Position numbers and translations under genes: made by a program
NCBI GenBank assembly: GCA_965203485.1
Contig: OZ241892.1
Coordinates: forward strand, 1,088,001-1,152,000
Source: Longimicrobiales bacterium
GTDB taxonomy: Bacteria; Gemmatimonadota; Gemmatimonadetes; Longimicrobiales; Gaopeijiaceae
Length of the DNA: 64,000 bases
Direction of reading: 5' to 3'
Notes under the pieces: model-generated
What the model was told of the DNA's origin: nothing
What the model saw: only the letters and a program-made list of their open reading frames with translations
Database searches by the model: none
Shown here: one piece after another, positions 17,680 through 30,600 of the stretch
Layout: each line of letters begins with the position of its first letter
How positions within the stretch are numbered: position 1 is the stretch's first letter

Positions 17680-19383
17680 ATGAAGAAGCCCGGGTTCCTG
17701 AACGCGCGCGCGGCCGACTACTGGGACCTGATCGGCAACGGCAGGGTCTATCGCGTGCCTCCTCACCAGCGCGACTACTCGTGGACGCACGAGGAGTGGG
17801 AGGACCTGTGGCGAGACGTCGTGGCTTTGCGCGACGGGGGCGGCGAAGCGCGCCATTACTTGGGCGCGCTGGTGGTCCAGGAAGTCCGCGACCGGGACTT
17901 TCGGGTGATCGACGGACAGCAACGGCTGGCGACCTTGAGCGTGTTCGCGCTGGCCGTCGTGGCGCACCTGCAGGAACTGGCCGGCGAAGGACGCGACGCC
18001 GAGGCCAATCGCGGGCGCAGCGAGCGGCTCCGCAGCCGGTTCGTGGGCGAGAAGGACCCCGCGTCGCTCGTCGAGAGCAGCCATCTGTTCCTGAACGACG
18101 CCGACGACGGCTTCTACCAGGACCACTTGGTGCAGTTGCGCCCCCCGCACAACCCGCGGGGCCTGTCGGACTCCAATCGCCAGCTGTGGGGAGCCTTCCA
18201 GCACTTTCGCGGCTGCATCGACAGGTTGCCCGACCGGGACGACGGCGCGTCCGTGGCCCGGATTCTGTCCGAGACCGTTGCGAAGCGGCTCGTGTTCATC
18301 GTGATCGACGTGGACGACGAGTCGGACGCCTACACGGTGTTCGAGACGATGAACGCGCGCGGCGTGGACCTCACGACCACGGACCTGCTGAAGAACTTTC
18401 TCTTTTCTCACGTGCGCGTGGCCAGCGACCTCGACATGTTGCGGCGGCGGTGGCTGTCGCTGGTCGGGACCGTCGGCGCGCGCCGCTTCCCCGACTTTCT
18501 GCGAGCCCATCTGCTTTGCGAGACTCCGGGGATCCGCAAGCGGCGGACCTTTCGGTTCGTGCGAAGTCGAATCGCCTCGTCGCACGACGTGTTCCAGCTG
18601 ATTGACGACATGGAGCCGCGGGGCGAACTGTTCGCGGCCCTTCGCGACCCGGGGCACGAGTATTGGGCGGAGCTGCCCCAAGCGCGGCCGCACGTGCGGG
18701 AGTTCCTGCTCTTCGGCGCGCGCGAGGCGACCCCGTTGCTGTTCGCGGCGTGGAAGGCCATGCCGCCGACCGAGTTCGCGAAGACGCTCAGGTGCGTCTG
18801 CACGGTCGCCTTCCGGTATTCGGTCGTCTGCGGACTTCGCAACGGCGCCTTCGAGTCGGCCTGCCAAGAGGCGGCCGTGGCCGTTGGCAAGGGCGATGCA
18901 GGCACGGCTCGGTCCGCGTTCGAGTTCTTGAAGGCAGTGTACGTGGACGACAAGAAGTTCGCCCGCGACTTCGCGCAACTCGTGCTCGATTCCAGCCAGA
19001 AGCGCTTGACGCGGCACGTCCTGGCGCGCCTGGAGACCGACGCGGCCGGCCGCGCGTGCGACCCCGAGACCGATCCCGGAACGGTCGAACACATTCTGCC
19101 GCTCAACCCGTCGAGCGATTGGGACGAGAGCTTCCCGGCCCGACGCTGGGACGGGTTGGCGCACCGGCTCGGGAACCTTACCTTGCTGGAGCCGACGATC
19201 AACCGGGCTGTCGGGAACGCGGCGTATGGCGAGAAGGTCGCCGCGTACGCCCGTAGCGAGTACGCGTTGACGAGGGCGGTCGCCGAGCTGGCCCCGGAGG
19301 AGTGGACGGCGTCGTTGCTGGATGAACGGCAACGGAGGATGGGCAAGCGGGCGGCGCATCTTTGGAGGATCGATGTGGGGTAG
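17680..19383 (+). CDS. GmrSD-like type IV restriction protein (DUF262 + DUF1524 HNH)
   Basis: P.HQRDYSW, IDGQQR and FETMNARG motifs; C-terminal EHILP...LGNLTLL...N. Confidence 0.9.
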   Translation: MKKPGFLNARAADYWDLIGNGRVYRVPPHQRDYSWTHEEWEDLWRDVVALRDGGGEARHYLGALVVQEVRDRDFRVIDGQQRLATLSVFALAVVAHLQELAGEGRDAEANRGRSERLRSRFVGEKDPASLVESSHLFLNDADDGFYQDHLVQLRPPHNPRGLSDSNRQLWGAFQHFRGCIDRLPDRDDGASVARILSETVAKRLVFIVIDVDDESDAYTVFETMNARGVDLTTTDLLKNFLFSHVRVASDLDMLRRRWLSLVGTVGARRFPDFLRAHLLCETPGIRKRRTFRFVRSRIASSHDVFQLIDDMEPRGELFAALRDPGHEYWAELPQARPHVREFLLFGAREATPLLFAAWKAMPPTEFAKTLRCVCTVAFRYSVVCGLRNGAFESACQEAAVAVGKGDAGTARSAFEFLKAVYVDDKKFARDFAQLVLDSSQKRLTRHVLARLETDAAGRACDPETDPGTVEHILPLNPSSDWDESFPARRWDGLAHRLGNLTLLEPTINRAVGNAAYGEKVAAYARSEYALTRAVAELAPEEWTASLLDERQRRMGKRAAHLWRIDVG

Positions 19384-19443
19384 GGGGGGGCGGCTGGCAG
19401 GCGGACGTGAGGTCGGGTGTGTTGCGGCGGCGAGGCGTGCGCC

Positions 19444-22317
19444 ATGAATCGGAAGAAGCTCATCGAGGTCGCGCTTCCGTTGAATGCGATCAACAAGGCG
19501 GCTGCGAGAGAGAAGTCGATTCGGCACGGGCATCCCAGCACGCTTCATTTATGGTGGGCGCGTAGGCCGTTGGCAGCGGCCCGGGCTGTGATTTTTGCCC
19601 AAATGGTGGACGATCCGTCGTCGAGGCCGGAGCTGTTTCCGACCGAGGCGGAGCAGGACGCCGAGCGTGCGCGCCTTTTCGACTTGATCGAGCGGCTGGT
19701 CCAGTGGAAGAACACCACGAACGAAGCACTCCTGGACGAGGCGAGGACGGAGATCAAGGAGAGCTGGCGGCGGACATGTGCGGACCACGAGGCCGAGCCC
19801 GATGCGACAGACCGCTTCGATCCGGATCGACTTCCGGCGTTCCATGATCCCTTCGCTGGCGGCGGTGCGTTGCCGCTTGAGGCTCAGCGCCTTGGCTTGG
19901 AGGTTCATGCCAGCGACCTTAATCCGGTCGCGGTGCTGATAAACAAGGCAATGATTGAGATTCCTCCGAAGTTCGTCGATTGTCCACCGGTCAATCCGGC
20001 TTGGAGATCGACCCAAGACGAACAAAAGAAGCTGACCATTTGGTCGGGCACGACGGGCCTTGCTGAAGATGTGCGCTATTACGGACGATGGATGCGCAAG
20101 GAAGCGCAGCGTCGCATTGGTACTGTCTACCCGACAATCTGCATCTCTGAAACGATGGTAGCCGCCCGTCCGGAACTTGGCAAATACGAAGGACAGCACC
20201 TCAAGATCATTGCCTGGATTTGGGCAAGGACGGTACGAAGTCCGAATCCAGCGTTTGCTGATTCGATGGTACCGCTAGTGTCGTCGTTTTGGTTGTCGAA
20301 GAAGACTGGCAAAGAAGCATGGGTTGAGCTAGTTCTACGAGATCGGCACTGGGATTTCTACGTCCGAACGGGGCAACCGGACGACCCGGATGCTCTTGCA
20401 CGAGGAACCAAGATTGGCGGAAGCCGCAGTCCATTCTTTTGTGTGTTCTCGAAGATCCCGATTCCGTTTGCGCATATTCGCGATGAACTACGACGGAAAC
20501 AATCCACGCCTCGCTTAATGGCGATCGTTGCCGAAGGTAATCGCGAGCGCGTGTACTTGAATCCAGATGTATCACAAGAACAACTAGCACAGTATGCACT
20601 TCCAACAAATACTCCAATGCTGGAATTGCCTCCCAAAGCATTAGGTTTTCGCGTTCAGCAGTACGGCATGTATCTTTGGCGGGATCTGTATACGCCTAGG
20701 CAACTAGTCACCTTATGCACATTATCTGACTTAGTCGTGACAGCGTGGCATGAAATACAAAGGGATGCGATGGACGCTTCGATCGCAGGTAATGAAGGAA
20801 TAGTCGACGCACGATCCTATGCAGATGCTGTAGCGCTCTATTTGGCGTTGGGTGCTAGCAAGACCGCAAATCGAGCCAGTACACTGTGTACTTGGAAAAC
20901 AGGTGTCCAATGCCCGGGTGATACATTCGGCCGACAGGCTTTGCCAATGTCGTGGGATTATGCCGAAGCGAACAGCTTGTCAGGACCCAGCGGTTCTTTT
21001 ATGAGCATGATTGACAACACGGCGGCTGGTCTCGTTTCCATAAAATCGTCACGTAATGCCATCGGAAATGCCACAGATGCCGACGCCCGGACCGTGGCCC
21101 CCATTCGCAACAGTGTAATATCAACTGATCCTCCATATTATGACAACATAGGATACGCAGATTTGTCGGACTTTTTTTATGTGTGGTTACGACGCGCACT
21201 GCAACATCAATACCCCATGTTATTTATGGGCATGGGCACGCCGAAAACGAATGAACTAATTTCTTCACCGTTTCGTCAGAAGAACAGGAAAGAAGCTGAA
21301 GATTTTTTCTTGGAGGGAATGATTCAAGCGATGACACAGCTTGCGCGACATTGTCATCCGGCGTTTCCGGTTACTATCTACTACGCATTTAAGCAATCAG
21401 AAAAGACGGACGATGGTGGTCAAACCAGTACGGCTTGGGAGACGTTTCTTGAAGCAGTTATTCGCTCGGGATTCAATATTACGGGTACATGGCCGATCCG
21501 AACGGAACGACAGAATCGCAAGGTGGGCCAAGGAACGAACGCTCTTGCATCGTCTGTTGTCATTGTTTGTCGAAAGAGACGACATGATGCCGACATTGTG
21601 ACTCGTCGGAAGTTTAGAAAGATATTGGCAGCCGATCTTAAGTCTACGATTCGACCCCTTCAAGACGGCAATATCGCACCGGTTGACTTGGCGCAGGCTG
21701 CCATTGGACCGGGCATGGCAATTTATTCCCGCTACACCAAGGTCGTTTCTCCAGATGGTAGCACGGTCAGCGTCCGTAGAGCTCTTCAATACATTAACGA
21801 AGCGTTGGATATGGCGTTGGGAGCAGACTTTGACAGAGAAACGCGGTGGGCATTGGCCTGGTTTGAAACCCACGGCTTTGATGAAGGTAAATTCGGCGTT
21901 GCCGAAGTCCTGGCCAAAGCGAAGAATACGAGTGTAAAGGGACTCGTGGAAAGATGCGTGGCGGAATCACGGGGAGGTACAGTTCGACTAATACAACCAG
22001 AAGAAATGAATGAGCTATGCCGAAGTGACTACGTTAATGCATCGGTGTGGCAACGGACACAACTCGTGTTGCGAGCGTATGCCGTTAGTGGTGATATCGG
22101 AGCGGCCGAAGTATTGGCGCGATTTGGTGAAATTGACAATGGCATTCGGGATCTTGCCTATCGTTGCTACGTGATCTGCGAGAGGAAGAGGTGGGCCGAA
22201 ACCGCGTTTGCGTACAATGCGCTGGTGTCCAGCTGGCCGGAGATCGTGCTTCAGTCGCGGCTGAAGCCGTGGTTGCGGGAATCGGAACCGGAACTGGGCT
22301 TGAAGGGAGATGGATGA
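19444..22317 (+). CDS. DUF1156 adenine-specific DNA methyltransferase
   Basis: KKLIEVALPL, LHLWWARRPL, DPFAGGG and catalytic TDPPYYD motifs. Confidence 0.93.
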   Translation: MNRKKLIEVALPLNAINKAAAREKSIRHGHPSTLHLWWARRPLAAARAVIFAQMVDDPSSRPELFPTEAEQDAERARLFDLIERLVQWKNTTNEALLDEARTEIKESWRRTCADHEAEPDATDRFDPDRLPAFHDPFAGGGALPLEAQRLGLEVHASDLNPVAVLINKAMIEIPPKFVDCPPVNPAWRSTQDEQKKLTIWSGTTGLAEDVRYYGRWMRKEAQRRIGTVYPTICISETMVAARPELGKYEGQHLKIIAWIWARTVRSPNPAFADSMVPLVSSFWLSKKTGKEAWVELVLRDRHWDFYVRTGQPDDPDALARGTKIGGSRSPFFCVFSKIPIPFAHIRDELRRKQSTPRLMAIVAEGNRERVYLNPDVSQEQLAQYALPTNTPMLELPPKALGFRVQQYGMYLWRDLYTPRQLVTLCTLSDLVVTAWHEIQRDAMDASIAGNEGIVDARSYADAVALYLALGASKTANRASTLCTWKTGVQCPGDTFGRQALPMSWDYAEANSLSGPSGSFMSMIDNTAAGLVSIKSSRNAIGNATDADARTVAPIRNSVISTDPPYYDNIGYADLSDFFYVWLRRALQHQYPMLFMGMGTPKTNELISSPFRQKNRKEAEDFFLEGMIQAMTQLARHCHPAFPVTIYYAFKQSEKTDDGGQTSTAWETFLEAVIRSGFNITGTWPIRTERQNRKVGQGTNALASSVVIVCRKRRHDADIVTRRKFRKILAADLKSTIRPLQDGNIAPVDLAQAAIGPGMAIYSRYTKVVSPDGSTVSVRRALQYINEALDMALGADFDRETRWALAWFETHGFDEGKFGVAEVLAKAKNTSVKGLVERCVAESRGGTVRLIQPEEMNELCRSDYVNASVWQRTQLVLRAYAVSGDIGAAEVLARFGEIDNGIRDLAYRCYVICERKRWAETAFAYNALVSSWPEIVLQSRLKPWLRESEPELGLKGDG

Positions 22318-23699
22318 TGTTGACCCGGCTCAGGCTCAAGAACTTCAAGTCGTGGACAGACACCGGAGACGTGACGTTGCGACCGATCACGGGTCTGTTC
22401 GGAACCAACAGCTCGGGGAAGAGCGGTTTGCTTCATGCGTTGCTGTTGCTCAAGCAGACCGCCGAGTCGGCAGATCGAGGACTCGTCTTTCACTTCGGAG
22501 ACAAGGTCACTCCCGTGGATCTGGGTGACTTTGGAAGTGTATTGCATGGTGCCGCGGGAGCGGAGGAGCTCGAAGTGTCGCTGGATTGGAAACGGCGGAC
22601 ATCTATCGGAGTACGGGACAGCAAGCATGAAAACCGCGTCGTGGCGGAAAGTTGCAGGCTAGGGTTTTCGGCGATCGTCGGTCAGGCGAGGGCGAACGGA
22701 CCAACGCGGCCGGTAGTTCGTGAAATGTCCTACCGAGTTGGGGATGCACGTTTTGGGATGCGTCGCAAGGCTGTTTCCAAAGACGAATACGAACTCTTTG
22801 CGAACGCGGCGGGGCCGAAGGACTTTCGGTTTGTTCACAGCATGGGTCGCAAGTGGCCGTTGCCGGCTCCGGAGAAGTGCTACGGATTTCCGGACCAGAC
22901 TCGCGCCTACTTTCAGAATGCGGGCTTTCTGGCGGATTTGGTGCTGGCCTTCGAAAAACGCTTGAACGAGGTGGCGTACCTTGGGCCGCTTAGGGCCTAC
23001 CCAGAACGGCGGTACGCTTGGACGGGCGCCCGTCCTTCCGACATGGGACGAGCGGGAGAGGCCGTGGTGGACGCCATTTTGGCGGCCCGGGAACGCGATC
23101 AAAGGATATCCCCGGGCTTTCGTAAAAGGCGCCTCAGCCTGGAGCAATACGTGGCGAAGTGGCTCGAGGAGCTGGGACTCATTCGCGACTTTCGGGTCGC
23201 GTCCGTGAGCGAGGGAAGCCAACTCTACGAAGTGAGAGTTAGGCGAACGAGCCGGTCGCCGGAGGTGTTGCTGACCGACGTCGGTTTTGGCGTATCTCAG
23301 ATCCTGCCGGTCTTGGTTTTATGCTTGTTCGTTCCCGACGGTTCGACGGTCCTTCTTGAGCAACCGGAGATTCATCTTCATCCGTCGGTTCAAGCCGGGC
23401 TTGCGGACGTCATGATCGACGCATGGAAGAACCGGGGGGTCCAGGTGATCGTCGAGAGTCACAGCGAGCACCTGCTTCGCCGGTTGCAACGGCGAATTGC
23501 CGAGGAAAAGGTCGGCCCCGACGACGTGGGGCTCTACTTCTGCGACTTGGGAGCGAGGCGGTCCAAACTCGAGAGATTGAACATCAACGTGTTCGGCAAC
23601 ATCACGAACTGGCCGGACAACTTCTTCGGTGACGAATTCGGGGAGATTGCCGCTACGACGAGAGCGGCGCAGAGGCGCCGTCAGGCGGCCAGCCGGTGA
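22314..23699 (+). CDS. ABC-type (AAA_15/AAA_21) ATPase with DUF3696-like C-terminus
   Basis: L.NFKS, Walker A GTNSSGKS, VGFGVSQ, LLEQPEIHLHP, ESHS and WPDNFF; ATGA overlap with the methylase stop. Confidence 0.9.
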   Translation: MMLTRLRLKNFKSWTDTGDVTLRPITGLFGTNSSGKSGLLHALLLLKQTAESADRGLVFHFGDKVTPVDLGDFGSVLHGAAGAEELEVSLDWKRRTSIGVRDSKHENRVVAESCRLGFSAIVGQARANGPTRPVVREMSYRVGDARFGMRRKAVSKDEYELFANAAGPKDFRFVHSMGRKWPLPAPEKCYGFPDQTRAYFQNAGFLADLVLAFEKRLNEVAYLGPLRAYPERRYAWTGARPSDMGRAGEAVVDAILAARERDQRISPGFRKRRLSLEQYVAKWLEELGLIRDFRVASVSEGSQLYEVRVRRTSRSPEVLLTDVGFGVSQILPVLVLCLFVPDGSTVLLEQPEIHLHPSVQAGLADVMIDAWKNRGVQVIVESHSEHLLRRLQRRIAEEKVGPDDVGLYFCDLGARRSKLERLNINVFGNITNWPDNFFGDEFGEIAATTRAAQRRRQAASR

Positions 23700-24175
23700 G
23701 GACGCCCGTCGTGATGGACAGCAACGTGGCTTTTGTCGGTAGCGGGGAAGCAGAACAGGCGGAACCGGCATGCGTCTTAGCGTGCGTTGATAGGATGGCG
23801 GAGATCAAGACGGACGGAAGACTGGTGCTTGACGATGGAAACCGCATTCTGAGGGAATACCCGGAGCCGACCGGGCAACTCAAGGCCGGTCACGCGTTCG
23901 CGAAATGGGCGTGGACGAATCACCGCAACCCCGAAAGGTGCACTTTGGTCTCGATTCAATCCGACGACGAGCGCGGCTTTGCCGAATTCCCGGACGACGA
24001 CGACCTCGCCGGCTTCGACCGCGACGACCGTAAGTTTGTCGCGGTGGCGCTCGCCAGCGGGGAATCGCCGCCGATACTCAACGCGTCGGACACGGACTGG
24101 CGGGAGCATCGCCACGCGTTGTCGCGGCACGGCGTTATCGTGGAGTTCGTGTGCCCTGAACTGATGAAGGGATAG
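23696..24175 (+). CDS. PIN-like domain protein
   Basis: VVMDSNV, ILREY, D.DDRKFVAVA and SDTDW acidic pattern; GTGA overlap with the ATPase stop. Confidence 0.65.
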   Translation: MRTPVVMDSNVAFVGSGEAEQAEPACVLACVDRMAEIKTDGRLVLDDGNRILREYPEPTGQLKAGHAFAKWAWTNHRNPERCTLVSIQSDDERGFAEFPDDDDLAGFDRDDRKFVAVALASGESPPILNASDTDWREHRHALSRHGVIVEFVCPELMKG

Positions 24176-24180
24176 CGGGA

Positions 24181-27525
<3,345 letters not shown>

Positions 27526-27650
27526 GGGGACGGCATGGCACGATCGAGATTTCCGCGCGGTGGCTTGTCGGCCTTTGCAAGGGGCCTGGGCTCGCTACTC
27601 GACCTGGAGATCGCGGGCCACGACCTGATCAACGCTCGTGATCGGAGCGC

Positions 27651-30600
27651 TTACGGCGGGCTGACGTCGAGCACGACCACGCGAATGAACCGTTGTTGCT
27701 CCTCCGAGAGCTGTCGGCGAAGACTCTCCTCCAGTTGCTCGGGGGACTTCGGGCGGCGGCCGCTCGGGGGCACCATGCAGTCCACGCCGAACCAGAGAAC
27801 TAGGTAGATGCCGTGCCCCTCACATGCAGGATCACAGACATACTGTTTGATCAACTGGTTGCCTACCGCGCTCCAAAGTTCGCGATGGTTGCTCTTCTTG
27901 ACCTCGATGGGAAGCGCAGGGCCGCCCGAAACCGATGCACGGATGTCGGCTCGCTTGTCCGCGGCGTAGTGCGGTTCGGGTTGAACGTCGATGTTCAGGC
28001 TTTCTAAGCGCGGCCGCAACGCCAAGAGCAACGCGTCGCGGCAAGAGTTTTCAGGCTTTGGCTCGACCGGGCGGCCATGTCCGTCTTCGTTCCAGAAAAG
28101 TCGCCAGCCGTCGGCGTTGCCGCCGCGGATATCTTCCGTGAGGCGCCGGAGTTGTTCCACGACGACCTCGGCCAGGTCGCTGGCGTTGGCCGGGGGGCCG
28201 CCGCTCAGGACGTTGACGATTTCGCGGAGAGAAGGAAGGCGACGGGTCGTCTCCCGGCGAAGTTCCGTCTGCTCCTCGCACGCCTGGTCCAGCTCGTCGC
28301 GCCAGGACGCCAGCGTCGGGTCTTCGGCCAACAGCCGCAACGCCCGGCTGGCCGACCGCCCGCGTGCGCGCGCTCGTTCGCCTTCGCCGGAGCGCCCAGC
28401 GACGCTCGGTTCGCTGGACAGGTACCGGATGCAACGTCCGACGAGTTTGCTTACTCTCTTGTGGACTTCCTCTTCCTCGGAGACAATGAAGGCACGGCCA
28501 GCTTCGCTCTCGGCAAGCGAGCGTCTGCTCATCCAGCCGGGTGCGTAGCGCCTGCCAAACCATTGCAGGAGCAAGAACACGCCTCCCGGGCCGGCGTCCG
28601 ACGGTGAGAACTGCGCTTGACCGTTTCCGCTCGCCCAGGCGCTTGCCAACTGGCTGACGGTGACATCGCGCTTGTCGGCGAGAAAATGCAGAGCGCGACC
28701 GACGAAGCGGCGTGGCCATGTCCGAAGCGCGATGCCCAGCCAAACGGCCCGCTGGGCAGTGTCCATGCTGCCGAACCTCAACTTGCGCTCCACGAGCGCT
28801 CGCAACTCGTCTCTTGGGAGGTTGTGCAAGGCGAATTCAAGTATATGCTGAAGCTTGGCCAAGTGCCGCTTTGTTCCGCGTACGGGAAACGCGTTCAGCA
28901 ACTTCGGGACGACCTCGTTGAGCATATCCGCGTTCAGCGAGCGCAGGTGATGTTCTTCGTAGTCGCACCGCCCTCGGATCTGCGCCTTCATGACTTTGAC
29001 GAGCACCTCGGCCACGAGTTTGGGCTTGGCATCGAGCAGGACGCCAACCCAGTGCGGGAGGTGCTTGTCCATCACGACGGTCATGTAGTGCATGCCCAGC
29101 GCACTGCGAATCCGATCGTCGCTCAAGGACCCTGGAATCGCGCCTTGCCGGCGACCGAGATGATCTAGTCCGGCTAGGACAGAATACGTCACCGTGTATA
29201 CCTTGCCTTCCCGCTCAAGCTCAAGTAGCTGGGGCAAGCTGGGAATGTCGACCTTGCTCGGGATTTGGCCCAGCGCACGCAGGGCCGCTTCGACCGCTGT
29301 CGAGGCGTCGTCGTCGCCGTCGTTGGAGTCCTCGGAAAGCCATTCGCGCAATCGCTCGACGGGTTCAAGCGACCGCTCCATCGGATTCATGCCCAGGTAG
29401 GCGAGAGCCAGCTCGTAGAGAAGCGTCGGAGAGGCGTCGCCCGACAACAGAAGACTCCGCCGTTGCCGGACGGCCTCGTTAACGCGCTCAAGGTACGGGG
29501 CCTGACGCGTGGCGTGGGCTTGCCGCCTCTCTTCTTCGCGCTCGGCCAGCTGATCCAGGTATTCGATGAGTTCGGGCGCGTCCTGGAGCTGGGCCGATGC
29601 CCAAGCACGCCAATCTTTGGACAACGCATCCGTGAAGGTGGACCCCTTCGGCGGCCGCAGATGGACGCTGCGTTTCGCCACGGCCAAGTCGACGTACCGG
29701 CGTGCATCGGCAGGCTCTGTGGCAACCACGGCGCCGGCTTCGCCGAAGCACATCGTTGCGGCTTGGTGGGGTGAAAGACCCAACAACAGAAGACCACTCA
29801 TGCGAAATTGGCGATCGTGATCACCCAAGCGGATGTCTTCAGACTGCGTGTCGTCCCATAGGCGCCCCTCGCGCCTTATGTGTTCTCGCAACAGGGCTAG
29901 GCGGATGTCGGGATGCCTTGCAAGCCATGGTTCCACTGGGCTTGCGGCGGCTTGGATGTGTATGGGCTTCGGGTGCACCGACAGCCAGTCGTACAGCCTG
30001 CGGGTGTCAATCGTCTCGCCGTGCTGTCGGAGGCCCCGGTCCAGCAGTTTCACGAACGCCTCTTCCAATATCCCCCCAAACAGTTCCGGATAGTCGGCGT
30101 CGGCTTGATCTCGGTCGAATGCGCACAGCGCGTCGAGAACGTCGGAAACGCTCGAGGCCTCGGTCTTCTCCGCCAACGTGCGCGACAGGTGCCACCTGAG
30201 GATCGGTTGGATGGCCCGAGGCAGCAAGGGCGGTATCTCCGACGGCTCGAGGTGGCGGGGATAGAGTCCTTCGACGAGTCGGCCCCGCAACTCCTGATTC
30301 AAGTCCTTGACGCGTCCGGTGCTCAAGTCCTCCAACATGCTCCTCAAAAGTCCGATGCCCTCGTCGTCTTGCTCTGCGATCTTCATTGCGGCGGCAAGTG
30401 CCTGCTTCCTGGCCGCAAACATCCAGCGGTCGTCTCTGGCCACGGCCACCACTTCGCGAACCGAAGGAGCGCCGTGCGTCGATGGCTCGGACGCTAGGAT
30501 TTCGAACAGGAACTCGACGACGGACTGCGGCTGGGTCTCAGGGTCGTTCTCGGCGATGCAGCTTCGGAGGAACTCCATCGTTTCTCGGCCCGCCAACGCC

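Noticed and set aside
27535..27807. 90-aa ORF just after the DUF499 gene
   Set aside because: Most of it overlaps the convergent NACHT gene. The first 25 or so residues could be a truncated gene start, but this cannot be supported.
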